From: Anaerolineales bacterium
Lineage (GTDB): Bacteria; Chloroflexota; Anaerolineae; Anaerolineales; RBG-16-64-43
Direction: 5' to 3'
DNA length: 64,000 nt
Assembly (NCBI GenBank): GCA_034430775.1
Contig: DAOUDU010000248.1
Coordinates: forward strand, 16,120 to 80,119
The number at the start of each line of letters is the position of its first letter. Positions within the stretch are counted from its first letter, which is position 1. A program made the translations under genes and the position numbers. Below, piece by piece: positions 10,062 through 18,075 of the stretch. The notes beneath the pieces were generated by a model that was not told the origin of the DNA, did not search any database, and was given only the letters and a program-made list of their open reading frames with translations.

Positions 10062-10408
10062 CCTACGTAGCGGTTTACATCGGAGATATCGTTGAAGTGT
10101 TTTGCGATCACAAGCACAGCGGACGAAGGGTGCGTGACTGGGTCGAAGGAGTCGTGGTGCATGCCGACGACCGGATGACGGCGATCCAGTTTCGCAACGA
10201 CGTCTACCTGACGGACGGATGGATGGTTCCCGACCGGATCCTGTGGTTCAACAAAGGATCGGTGAAAATCCGGTTGGCGAAGAAAAGCCGCGGATCCGCC
10301 GTCTCCCAGAAATCCGGCGCTTCCGCCGCTGTGCGGAATCATATACCCGCCTCCCGGACACGCAAGCCGGCGGATACCCGCCGTCCCGTTCGGCGCGGGA
10401 AAAAATAG
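10058..10408 (+). CDS. Hypothetical 116-aa protein embedded in the suf operon (beta-rich N-domain plus basic tail)
   Basis: ATG overlaps the sufD TGA (ATGA at 10058-10061). GGGAG SD 8 nt upstream. Ends 15 nt before sufS. No family recognised. Confidence 0.55.
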   Translation: MTYVAVYIGDIVEVFCDHKHSGRRVRDWVEGVVVHADDRMTAIQFRNDVYLTDGWMVPDRILWFNKGSVKIRLAKKSRGSAVSQKSGASAAVRNHIPASRTRKPADTRRPVRRGKK

Positions 10409-10423
10409 GAAACGGGAAAGCGC

Positions 10424-11683
10424 ATGAGAGCTATAAAAGCCGAAACCGCCGCAAATCAATACCTGATCGATATTCAACGAATCCGTGCCGATTTCCCGAT
10501 ACTGAAACGTGAAATCAAGCCCGGAATTCCGCTGATCTACCTCGATTCCGCAGCAACGTCACAGAAACCGAACGCCGTAATCGACTCAATGTCGGAGTAT
10601 TACAGGAATCATAACGCCAATATCCACCGCGCGGTTCATACATTGGCCGAGGAAGCCACCGCCATGTACGAAGCGGGGCGGGCGAAGGTCGCCGCTTGCA
10701 TCGCAGCGCAACCCGAAGAGCTCATCTTTACACGCAATGCGACTGAGGCCATCAACCTGGTGGCGCAATCCTGGGGAAGAGCCCGCCTGCAGGCGGGCGA
10801 CCGGATTCTGCTGTCGGAACTGGAACACCACAGCAATCTGGTGCCTTGGCAGATCCTGGCAAAAGAGAGGGACCTGCAGTTGGATTTTATTCCTATGACC
10901 GGCAGCGGCGAACTGGACCTCGACACATGCGAAAAACTTCTTGCCCGCGGCCCAAAACTGGTGGCGCTGACTCAAATGTCTAATGTGATGGGAACCATCG
11001 TTCCGATCCGCGACATTACCCGTTCCGCGCACCGCGCGGGAGCCCGGGTGCTGGTCGATGCCGCGCAAGCCGCTCCGCATAAGGCGATCGATGTGCATGA
11101 TCTGGATGCGGACTTCCTGGCACTCTCGGCTCACAAAATGTGCGGTCCAACCGGGATCGGAGCTTTATACGGGAAGGTCGAAATCCTACACGCCATGCCG
11201 CCGTTCCTTGGCGGGGGCGATATGATCCGCAAGGTCGATTGGCGGTCGTTCGAACCGAACGACCTGCCCCATAACTTCGAAGCGGGCACGCCGGCCATCG
11301 CCGAGGCGGTAGGCTGGGGGGCGGCAATCGATTATTTAAACGCGATAGGATTCGATGCCATTCACCGGCACGAAAAGGCCCTCGCGGCCTACGCGATGGA
11401 ATCCCTGCGAGAGATCCCCGGTGTGACGGTACTCGGGCCTGAACCTTCCAAACGGGGAGGGCTGGTCTCCTTTACGCTGGAAGGCATCCATCCGCACGAT
11501 ATCGCGCAGATCCTCGATTCCTACGGGATCGCCGTACGCGCCGGGCACCATTGCGCCATGCCGCTGCATACCAAACTTGGTCTTTCCGCGACCACCCGGG
11601 CTTCGTTTTACCTGTACACCACATTTGAGGAAATCGACGCGTTGGCAGAAGGTTTGCAGAAAACGCGCGCGCTTTTCGCTTGA
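10424..11683 (+). CDS. sufS: Cysteine desulfurase SufS (class V aminotransferase, group II)
   Basis: 419 aa. LDSAATSQKP, SAHKMCGPTGIGALYG (PLP Lys), RAGHHCAMPL (active-site Cys loop). Confidence 0.9.
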   Translation: MRAIKAETAANQYLIDIQRIRADFPILKREIKPGIPLIYLDSAATSQKPNAVIDSMSEYYRNHNANIHRAVHTLAEEATAMYEAGRAKVAACIAAQPEELIFTRNATEAINLVAQSWGRARLQAGDRILLSELEHHSNLVPWQILAKERDLQLDFIPMTGSGELDLDTCEKLLARGPKLVALTQMSNVMGTIVPIRDITRSAHRAGARVLVDAAQAAPHKAIDVHDLDADFLALSAHKMCGPTGIGALYGKVEILHAMPPFLGGGDMIRKVDWRSFEPNDLPHNFEAGTPAIAEAVGWGAAIDYLNAIGFDAIHRHEKALAAYAMESLREIPGVTVLGPEPSKRGGLVSFTLEGIHPHDIAQILDSYGIAVRAGHHCAMPLHTKLGLSATTRASFYLYTTFEEIDALAEGLQKTRALFA

Positions 11684-11690
11684 GGCAGAC

Positions 11691-12080
11691 GTGGACGATC
11701 TCTACCGCCAGCAAATCATCGACCGATACAAGCATCCGCTTAAACGAGGTGTGCTCGAGCCGCACGATATCACCTTTGAGGACGAAAACCCGCTCTGCGG
11801 CGACCGGCTGCGGATCGATCTGCGCGTCGGCCCGGACGGAAAGATCACCCAGGCGGCTTTTTCAGGTGACGGCTGCGCCATTTCGCAGGCATCCGCAGAT
11901 CTGCTGGCCGAGTATATCGAAGGCAAGCCGCTTGAGGAAGTCCGCGCGCTTTCCAAAGAGGATATCCTGGATCTGCTGGGAATCGAACTTAGCCCGATCC
12001 GTTTGAAGTGCGCGCTGCTTTCGCTAAAAGTACTAAAGGCGGGGGCGTATGGGATGAAAGATCTGAAAGAAGCGGAGTAA
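11691..12080 (+). CDS. sufU: SufU/IscU-type sulfur acceptor/scaffold
   Basis: ORF 11577..12080 trimmed to GTG 11691 (VDDLYRQQIIDRYKHP). NPLCGD, GDGCAISQASA and KCALLS Cys motifs. Confidence 0.85.
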   Translation: MDDLYRQQIIDRYKHPLKRGVLEPHDITFEDENPLCGDRLRIDLRVGPDGKITQAAFSGDGCAISQASADLLAEYIEGKPLEEVRALSKEDILDLLGIELSPIRLKCALLSLKVLKAGAYGMKDLKEAE

Positions 12081-12091
12081 AAAACCGTTTT

Positions 12092-12387
12092 ATGACGATT
12101 GTCATTCCCGCGCCTGCACTGCGCAGCGGTGTGACCTTAGCGGGAATCCATGACTGATAAAAACACAACAATACTCAAAGAAAAATTAAGCCCCTGGATT
12201 CCAGCTTAAACCATGCGGACATGACGAACAACGAGACTATTGTCATCCCGGTGCGGCCATGGCCGGGATCTAGGAATAAACTCGTTTCAACACATCTCTG
12301 ACCTTTTACAACATCTCGATGCCGGCTAAGTGCACGCCGGCAGAATATTCTCGGCATCCCGGCGTGATCTTTATCGGAATCCATAAC
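12092..12387. repeat. Cluster of degenerate REP-like palindromic units (repeat family A, GTCATTCCCGC...GCGGGAATCC type)
   Basis: Unit 1 is 12092-12155 (gtcattcccgcg...gcgggaatccatgac). A half-site ctggattcc lies at 12195-12203. Unit 2 is 12238-12274 (tgtcatcccgg...ccgggatc). Unit 3 is 12353-12387 (gcatcccgg...cggaatcc). Confidence 0.65.
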
Positions 12388-12613
12388 AAACACGTACCAA
12401 AACATCTCAGATTCTTCTGGCGGACCGCTAAAAAAACACTCGCTGGGCAATGCATTCCCACGGTGAAACCCGATTCGAACTGGAACGTTCTGTAAGCGCA
12501 GGCGCAGGCAGGATGATCCCAACCAGCTTCAAGAAGGCTTTTTTCTCCGCCGTGGTAAAATTATTGGCTGTTACGAACCTATAATTTCAATCTCCCGAAA
12601 GGAGCAATTCAGA

Positions 12614-15391
12614 ATGTCTGCAGCAAAAAAGAAGGTCCCGACTGTCAAGCGTGCGAAGAAAACCTCTTCGTCCACCGCCAAAACCCGGAAGTGGGTATAT
12701 CTTTTCAGTGAAGTAGCCCAAGCCGAGAAGTACGCCAAATCCTGGGAGGGTGTACGCGCCCTGCTGGGCGGTAAAGGCGCCGGACTGGCGGATATGAACC
12801 GCGGCGGACTGCCGGTTCCACCCGGCTTTACCGTCACGACGGAAGCCTGCAACGCCTACCTCGCGGCCGGTGAGAAGTTCCCTTCCGGGATGTGGAATCA
12901 GGAAGTGGCCGCGATGCGTCAGGTGGAGAAGCAAACCGGGAAGAAATTCGGGGATCCGAAGAATCCGCTGCTTGTCTCCTGCCGCTCCGGTGCGAAATTC
13001 TCCATGCCCGGAATGATGGACACGGTCCTCAATATCGGATTGAACGACGAAACCGCGGAAGGAATGACCGCCCTGACCAAGAACGAACGCTTCGTTTACG
13101 ACGCCTACCGCCGGCTGGTGCAGATGTTCTCCTCGGTGGTGATGGGCGTATCAAAGGATGATTTCGAGAAGGTGCTCGAGTCCTACCGTCACACACGGAA
13201 CGTCGCCAGCGACCCCGAATTGCCGGTAGAAGATCTTAAGGCCATCACGGCGGAATTCAAGAAGATCGTCGTTCAGAAAACCGGACACGAATTCCCGAAC
13301 GATCCAATGGAGCAGCTGAAACTGGCGACCGAGGCGGTTTTTAAATCCTGGAACGGGAAGCGCGCGGTGGATTACCGCAACGCGGCCAAAATCGCCCATG
13401 ATCTTGGCACGGCGGTCAATATCGTCACCATGGTGTTCGGGAACATGGGCGAGGAAAGCGGCACGGGCGTGCTGACCACCCGTAACGTCTCCGACGGCAC
13501 AAAGGTGATCGAAGGAGATTTCCTGATAAACGCCCAGGGGGAAGATGTCGTCTCAGGCTCGCGGCAAACCATGCCCATCGCCGAGATGAAGACCGTCATG
13601 CCGAAGATGTACGCCGAGCTGGAAAAATACGGCAAACGACTTGAAAAATATTACCATGAGACGCAGGATATCGAATTCACCGTCGAGCGCGGCAAACTGT
13701 GGATGCTCCAGACCCGCAATGCCAAGCGTACCGCCCAGGCCGCGATCCGGATCGCCGTGGACCTGGCCGAGGAAAAACTGATCACCAAGCAAGAAGCGGT
13801 CTGGCGTGTCCAACCCGAGCATGTCGATTTCTACCTGCACCCCCAGTTCGACATCGCTGAGAAGAAATATGCCTCCTCGCGCGGCGACCAGATCGCCAAA
13901 GGCCTGAACGTTTCCCCGGGTGCGGCCGTCGGCCAGATCACATTCGACGCCGATACCGCGGAAAAATGGTCCAAAGAAGATAAAAAGGCCGTCATCATGG
14001 TCCGCCCGGAAACGACCCCTAACGACGTGCACGGTATGCTTGCCGCCAAAGGCATTCTCACCAGCCGCGGCGGCCGCACCTCGCACGCCGCACTGGTCGC
14101 CCGTCAGTTCGGCATCCCGGCCGTGGTCGGTGTGGCAACGATGGACGTGGATGTCGAACGCCGCCAGTTCACCGTGGCCGGCAAGGTGTACCACGAAGGG
14201 GATTGGATTTCGCTCGACGGCACAACCGGGGAGATCTTCTCCGGAAAAATCAAGACCGCCGAACCTTCCTTCGACGAACCGTACTTGCTTAAGCTGCTTT
14301 CCTGGGCGGACGGCATCCGCAAACTTGGGATCTGGGCCAATGCAGATTACCCGCGTGATGCACGCCGCGCTCGAACCTTCGGCGCCGAAGGGATCGGGCT
14401 TTGCCGAACCGAGCATATGTTCTTCGAGACGGAACGGCTGCCGATTGTTCAGAAGATGATCCTCGCCAAATCCACCGTAGAGCGCAAGGGCGAGCTCGAC
14501 AAGATTCTCCCCTTCCAACGCAGCGATTTTGACGGCCTGTTCCGCGCGATGGATGGATTGCCGGTTACCATCCGCCTGATCGACCCGCCGATGCATGAGT
14601 TCCTGCCCTCCCAGACCACGCTGCTGCAGGAAGTGATCGAGCTGCGGATTAAGGGCAACGATCCCGTATTGCTGAAGGAAAAGGAAAAGCTGCTGACGGC
14701 GGTGGAAGGCCTGCATGAAGCGAATCCGATGCTTGGGTTGCGCGGCGTCCGCCTGGGCATCCATATTCCCGAACTGACCCGCATGCAGGTACGCGCGATC
14801 TTCGAAGCCGCATGCCAGTGCGCCAAGGAAGGGATCGACGTGCATCCCAAGATCATGATCCCACTGACGTCGCACGTCAACGAGTTGAAGGTTCAGCAAA
14901 CGGCGCTCGAGGATGAAGCCCGCAAGGTTATGGAAGAACAGGGAATCAAAATCGATTACCAGTTCGGAACCATGATCGAGATTCCGCGCGCCGCGCTGAC
15001 CGCCGGACAGATCGCGGAAATGGCCCAATTCTTCTCGTTTGGCACCAACGATCTGACCCAGATGACCTTTGGCATCTCGCGCGACGACGCCGAAAAGGGC
15101 TTCCTGATCGAATACATCGACAAGAAGATCCTTCCGGAGAATCCGTTTGCCTCGATCGATGAAGACGGGGTTGGAAAACTTATGGACATGGCCGTACGCG
15201 ACGGCCGCGCCACCCGCAAGACGCTCGATGTTGGGATATGCGGAGAACACGGCGGCGATCCGAAATCCATTAACTTCTGTCACAAGATCGGGTTGAACTA
15301 TGTATCCTGCTCACCCTTCCGGGTCCCGATCGCCCGGCTGGCCGCGGCCCATGCTGTGGTTGCCGAAAAGATGGCCAAAAAAGGGAAATAG
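12614..15391 (+). CDS. ppdK: Pyruvate, phosphate dikinase
   Basis: 925 aa. AAAGGAG SD. KWVYLFSE, GGKGAGLADM, TSRGGRTSHAALVARQFGIP (phospho-His), GICGEHGGDP. Carries a ~26-aa Lys-rich N-terminal extension. Confidence 0.95.
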   Translation: MSAAKKKVPTVKRAKKTSSSTAKTRKWVYLFSEVAQAEKYAKSWEGVRALLGGKGAGLADMNRGGLPVPPGFTVTTEACNAYLAAGEKFPSGMWNQEVAAMRQVEKQTGKKFGDPKNPLLVSCRSGAKFSMPGMMDTVLNIGLNDETAEGMTALTKNERFVYDAYRRLVQMFSSVVMGVSKDDFEKVLESYRHTRNVASDPELPVEDLKAITAEFKKIVVQKTGHEFPNDPMEQLKLATEAVFKSWNGKRAVDYRNAAKIAHDLGTAVNIVTMVFGNMGEESGTGVLTTRNVSDGTKVIEGDFLINAQGEDVVSGSRQTMPIAEMKTVMPKMYAELEKYGKRLEKYYHETQDIEFTVERGKLWMLQTRNAKRTAQAAIRIAVDLAEEKLITKQEAVWRVQPEHVDFYLHPQFDIAEKKYASSRGDQIAKGLNVSPGAAVGQITFDADTAEKWSKEDKKAVIMVRPETTPNDVHGMLAAKGILTSRGGRTSHAALVARQFGIPAVVGVATMDVDVERRQFTVAGKVYHEGDWISLDGTTGEIFSGKIKTAEPSFDEPYLLKLLSWADGIRKLGIWANADYPRDARRARTFGAEGIGLCRTEHMFFETERLPIVQKMILAKSTVERKGELDKILPFQRSDFDGLFRAMDGLPVTIRLIDPPMHEFLPSQTTLLQEVIELRIKGNDPVLLKEKEKLLTAVEGLHEANPMLGLRGVRLGIHIPELTRMQVRAIFEAACQCAKEGIDVHPKIMIPLTSHVNELKVQQTALEDEARKVMEEQGIKIDYQFGTMIEIPRAALTAGQIAEMAQFFSFGTNDLTQMTFGISRDDAEKGFLIEYIDKKILPENPFASIDEDGVGKLMDMAVRDGRATRKTLDVGICGEHGGDPKSINFCHKIGLNYVSCSPFRVPIARLAAAHAVVAEKMAKKGK

Positions 15392-15420
15392 AGAAATAGT
15401 GACATATGGATAAGATAACA

Positions 15421-15453
15421 AAAAGCTGCCGGTGAGGCGGCTTTTTGTTTTTA
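15421..15453 (+). terminator. Intrinsic terminator after ppdK (also usable from the minus strand)
   Basis: agctgcc/ggcggct 7-bp stem (one G-U pair) flanked by an A-tract and ttttgttttt. A second 8-bp hairpin tatagacc...ggtctata lies at 15453-15473. Confidence 0.7.
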
Positions 15454-15499
15454 TAGACCGACGTGGTCTATAAACCCGCGTCGGTCTCGTGTCTTATTT

Positions 15500-16003
15500 C
15501 TACCACCCCTCCAGATACGAACGCCATTCACCATTTTCCATTAAATAATGTCCGAACAGGTACAACGCTGAAGACGGAGGTTCCTTGGGGGTGCGTTTCA
15601 GACGCATGTGGACTTCTTCGGGCAACCGGCCGCCTTTTTTCCGGTTGCACGGCGGACAGGCAGCGACCAGATTGCTCCAGACGTGCGCTCCGCCGCGGAA
15701 CCGGGGCAGGACGTGATCAACGGTCAGGTGCATCGTCTGCCGTCCGCAATACTGGCAGGTGTAATCGTCCCGACGGAATACTTCCCGTTTCGAAAGGTGC
15801 GGGTACGGGCGCGGTGGATGGATCATTTTTTGAAGTTGGATGACGGAAGGGATCGGGTACGACATCCGGACGGTGCGGATCTCGCCGCGCCCGTTGGCCA
15901 CAAGCCGGGCTTTTCCCCCGATGATCAGATGCAAAGCCCTCCGCGTGTCGCACACGTGGAGCGGTTGAAAGTTTGCATTCAACACCAGAACCGGCGTCTT
16001 CAT
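15500..16003 (-). CDS. HNH endonuclease family protein
   Basis: ORF 15500..16051 trimmed to MKTPVLVLNANFQPL. CQYCG...LTVDHVLPRFRGG...NLVAACPPCNRKKG (HNH with two CxxC pairs). Start is uncertain. Confidence 0.8.
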   Translation of the reverse strand: MKTPVLVLNANFQPLHVCDTRRALHLIIGGKARLVANGRGEIRTVRMSYPIPSVIQLQKMIHPPRPYPHLSKREVFRRDDYTCQYCGRQTMHLTVDHVLPRFRGGAHVWSNLVAACPPCNRKKGGRLPEEVHMRLKRTPKEPPSSALYLFGHYLMENGEWRSYLEGW

Positions 16004-16064
16004 GGTTGGCGCAATCGCGCGGGAGTATAGCACCATCCGCCGGATGCGCAAGTTTGGTTAAGTG

Positions 16065-17078
16065 TTACGGATGGATCGACTGGCGGAGGGAAGCCAGCCG
16101 CGCCTCCGCCAAACCGGGATTCCGCTCCAAAGCATACAACCCGCCGAGCCCCTCCATCGCCAGCGAGGCGGAGATGCAGCCGACAAGTGCGGATTCCACC
16201 GGGTTATAGGTCGACCGCCACGTCACGAGGAATCCGCCGCAGAAGGAATCCCCGATGGCGAGCGGATTTATCATGTCCACCGGATAGAACGGAATGAAAT
16301 GCGCCTGGCGGGAATCCGCATCATAAACATGGACGCCCTGATATTCCCGCTGGAGAAGGATGATCTTCGGCCCCCATCGCGAAATATACTCCGAGAGCGC
16401 GATGGCATCCGCATCCTCCCGGCCGACGAAGGTCCGCAGGGAGGATTCACGGGCAAAGAGCAGGTCAATCCCGTGCAGCAATTCACGCATCTGGGGGCGA
16501 AATGCTGGATGGAGCAATCCATCCGGCGGTGAAAGTAAAAGAACCCCGACCCCGTGCCGGCGCAGTGTAACCGACAAAGTGACCTGGCTTTGATAATGGC
16601 AGGGGGTGATGTGCGCCGCGCGCGCGTGCAGATAGTGCGTCGGCAAGTCTTCACTACGGACGGCGGATACGGGAAAGGGATGGATGGTTTTTTCAGAGCG
16701 GGAAGGGGAAACGTAATCCAGCAATTCATCCGGACACGGTAGATGATATTTGGCAAAATGCTTTACCGGATTCCAATCGATGTGTTGGTCCCATGTTTCA
16801 AAATAATGAAACCCGAGGCTGGGCGCGCCTTCGGGGAGGATCCGGACACCGGAGGTATCAATTCCCCGGCTTTGGATCGTACGAAGTGTTTGCGATGAAA
16901 TATTTTTGCCCACGCGTGCCACAAGGCCGATCCCGTCCCGGGTCCACGGTCTGGCTCCCGCAGCGGCGTACAGCGCCGGGCCGCCTGGAAGCAGGAAATG
17001 GCTGGTACCGTCCGGCAGCAGAAAATATTCCATCTGGACCGGTCCGGCAAAGATCAAAGTGGGAATCTCAACGGCCAT
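16065..17078 (-). CDS. PfkB-family carbohydrate/nucleoside kinase
   Basis: 337 aa. C-terminal INPLAIGDSFCGGF (PfkB signature 2-like) and an N-terminal GGPALYAA glycine-rich region. Confidence 0.75.
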   Translation of the reverse strand: MAVEIPTLIFAGPVQMEYFLLPDGTSHFLLPGGPALYAAAGARPWTRDGIGLVARVGKNISSQTLRTIQSRGIDTSGVRILPEGAPSLGFHYFETWDQHIDWNPVKHFAKYHLPCPDELLDYVSPSRSEKTIHPFPVSAVRSEDLPTHYLHARAAHITPCHYQSQVTLSVTLRRHGVGVLLLSPPDGLLHPAFRPQMRELLHGIDLLFARESSLRTFVGREDADAIALSEYISRWGPKIILLQREYQGVHVYDADSRQAHFIPFYPVDMINPLAIGDSFCGGFLVTWRSTYNPVESALVGCISASLAMEGLGGLYALERNPGLAEARLASLRQSIHP

Positions 17079-17244
17079 ATAATCGTATCGGTGCGACGCG
17101 GACGATCGGATGATGGTTGTGGCGCCGTCCGCTTGCGCCGCTTTGCCAATCAGCGATATAATGACTATGCGGTCGCACTTACCTCTGCGGTTCGATCGTC
17201 AACCGATGAGGTTTTTCACTTCCGGCAAAACCAATCATATCACT

Positions 17245-17922
17245 ATGACTCCTGCCAAAGTTCTTCTAATTGAATCGGACCGCACGACTGTCCCATCGCA
17301 CAGCTCGGCATTATTGAAAAAGGGTTTTGCCCTTTTTGTTGAGAATTCACCGCGTAAAGCGGCCGATCGCGCACGTGCAACCAAACCGGATGTGATTGTG
17401 CTCGACGCGACTTCCCTTCGTACTTCGGGGATTCGCCTGTGCCGGCATTTGCGCAAGGAAGTCGGCAACTGTCCCATTGTCCTGATCACACGCGCAATAC
17501 TATCCGACCCGGAAGAAATCGGCGCCCAATCCGTCCTTGTCCCGCCTTTCACACCGCGTAAACTGCTGAACGCTGTCCAGCGCCAGCTGCCCAGCGATGA
17601 GGAAAGTTCGATCCAAGCCGGGCCGATCCGAATCAACACCAAACAGAGGAAAATTTCCTGCGGCGGCAGAGAGGATCAGGTCACTCCGAAGGAGGCTCAG
17701 CTGCTTGAGGTTTTCCTTCGCCACCCCGGGATCCTGTTAACCAGAAAATTTCTCATCAAGGCCGTGTGGGATACGGATTACACTGGAGACACACGCACGC
17801 TTGATGTGCATATTTCCTGGTTGCGGCAAATACTGGAACCGGATCCTTCCTCGCCGAGGTATTTAAAAACCCTCCGGGGGCAGGGGTACCGTCTGGATAT
17901 CCCCGAGACCGGTAAAAAGTGA
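17245..17922 (+). CDS. OmpR-family response regulator (atypical receiver), orphan
   Basis: ORF 17110..17922 trimmed to MTPAKVLLIESD. Receiver with DVIVLDATS. Winged-helix LTPKEAQLLEVF...RTLDVHISWLRQIL...LKTLRGQGYRL. Confidence 0.8.
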   Translation: MTPAKVLLIESDRTTVPSHSSALLKKGFALFVENSPRKAADRARATKPDVIVLDATSLRTSGIRLCRHLRKEVGNCPIVLITRAILSDPEEIGAQSVLVPPFTPRKLLNAVQRQLPSDEESSIQAGPIRINTKQRKISCGGREDQVTPKEAQLLEVFLRHPGILLTRKFLIKAVWDTDYTGDTRTLDVHISWLRQILEPDPSSPRYLKTLRGQGYRLDIPETGKK

Positions 17923-17985
17923 CGCCCGGGTTTCCATGTAAGAAATCATCGTTTTCAAGTGAGTCGATAAAAGGATCATTATCGT

Positions 17986-18047
17986 TTTCGTCATTCCCGC
18001 CCAACCGTAAAAAGGCCAGCCACGGACAGGCCGGCAGGACGATCATT
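17986..18047. repeat. Degenerate family A palindromic unit
   Basis: gtcattcccgcc (17990-18001) ... ggcaggacgatcatt (18033-18047), between the convergent RR and methyltransferase genes. Confidence 0.4.
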
Positions 18048-18075
18048 TCAAAGCTTATCATACCTACGCCGGGTT

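Noticed and set aside
12175-12522. 115-aa minus-strand ORF in the sufU-ppdK spacer
   Set aside because: It is assembled from the palindromic repeat units (it contains the tell-tale GRTGMTIV peptide), and there is no SD.
13553-15283. 576-aa ORF on the minus strand
   Set aside because: It lies entirely antisense to ppdK, whose product has unmistakable PPDK motifs. Its Arg/Gly/His-rich composition is typical of shadow frames in GC-rich coding DNA.
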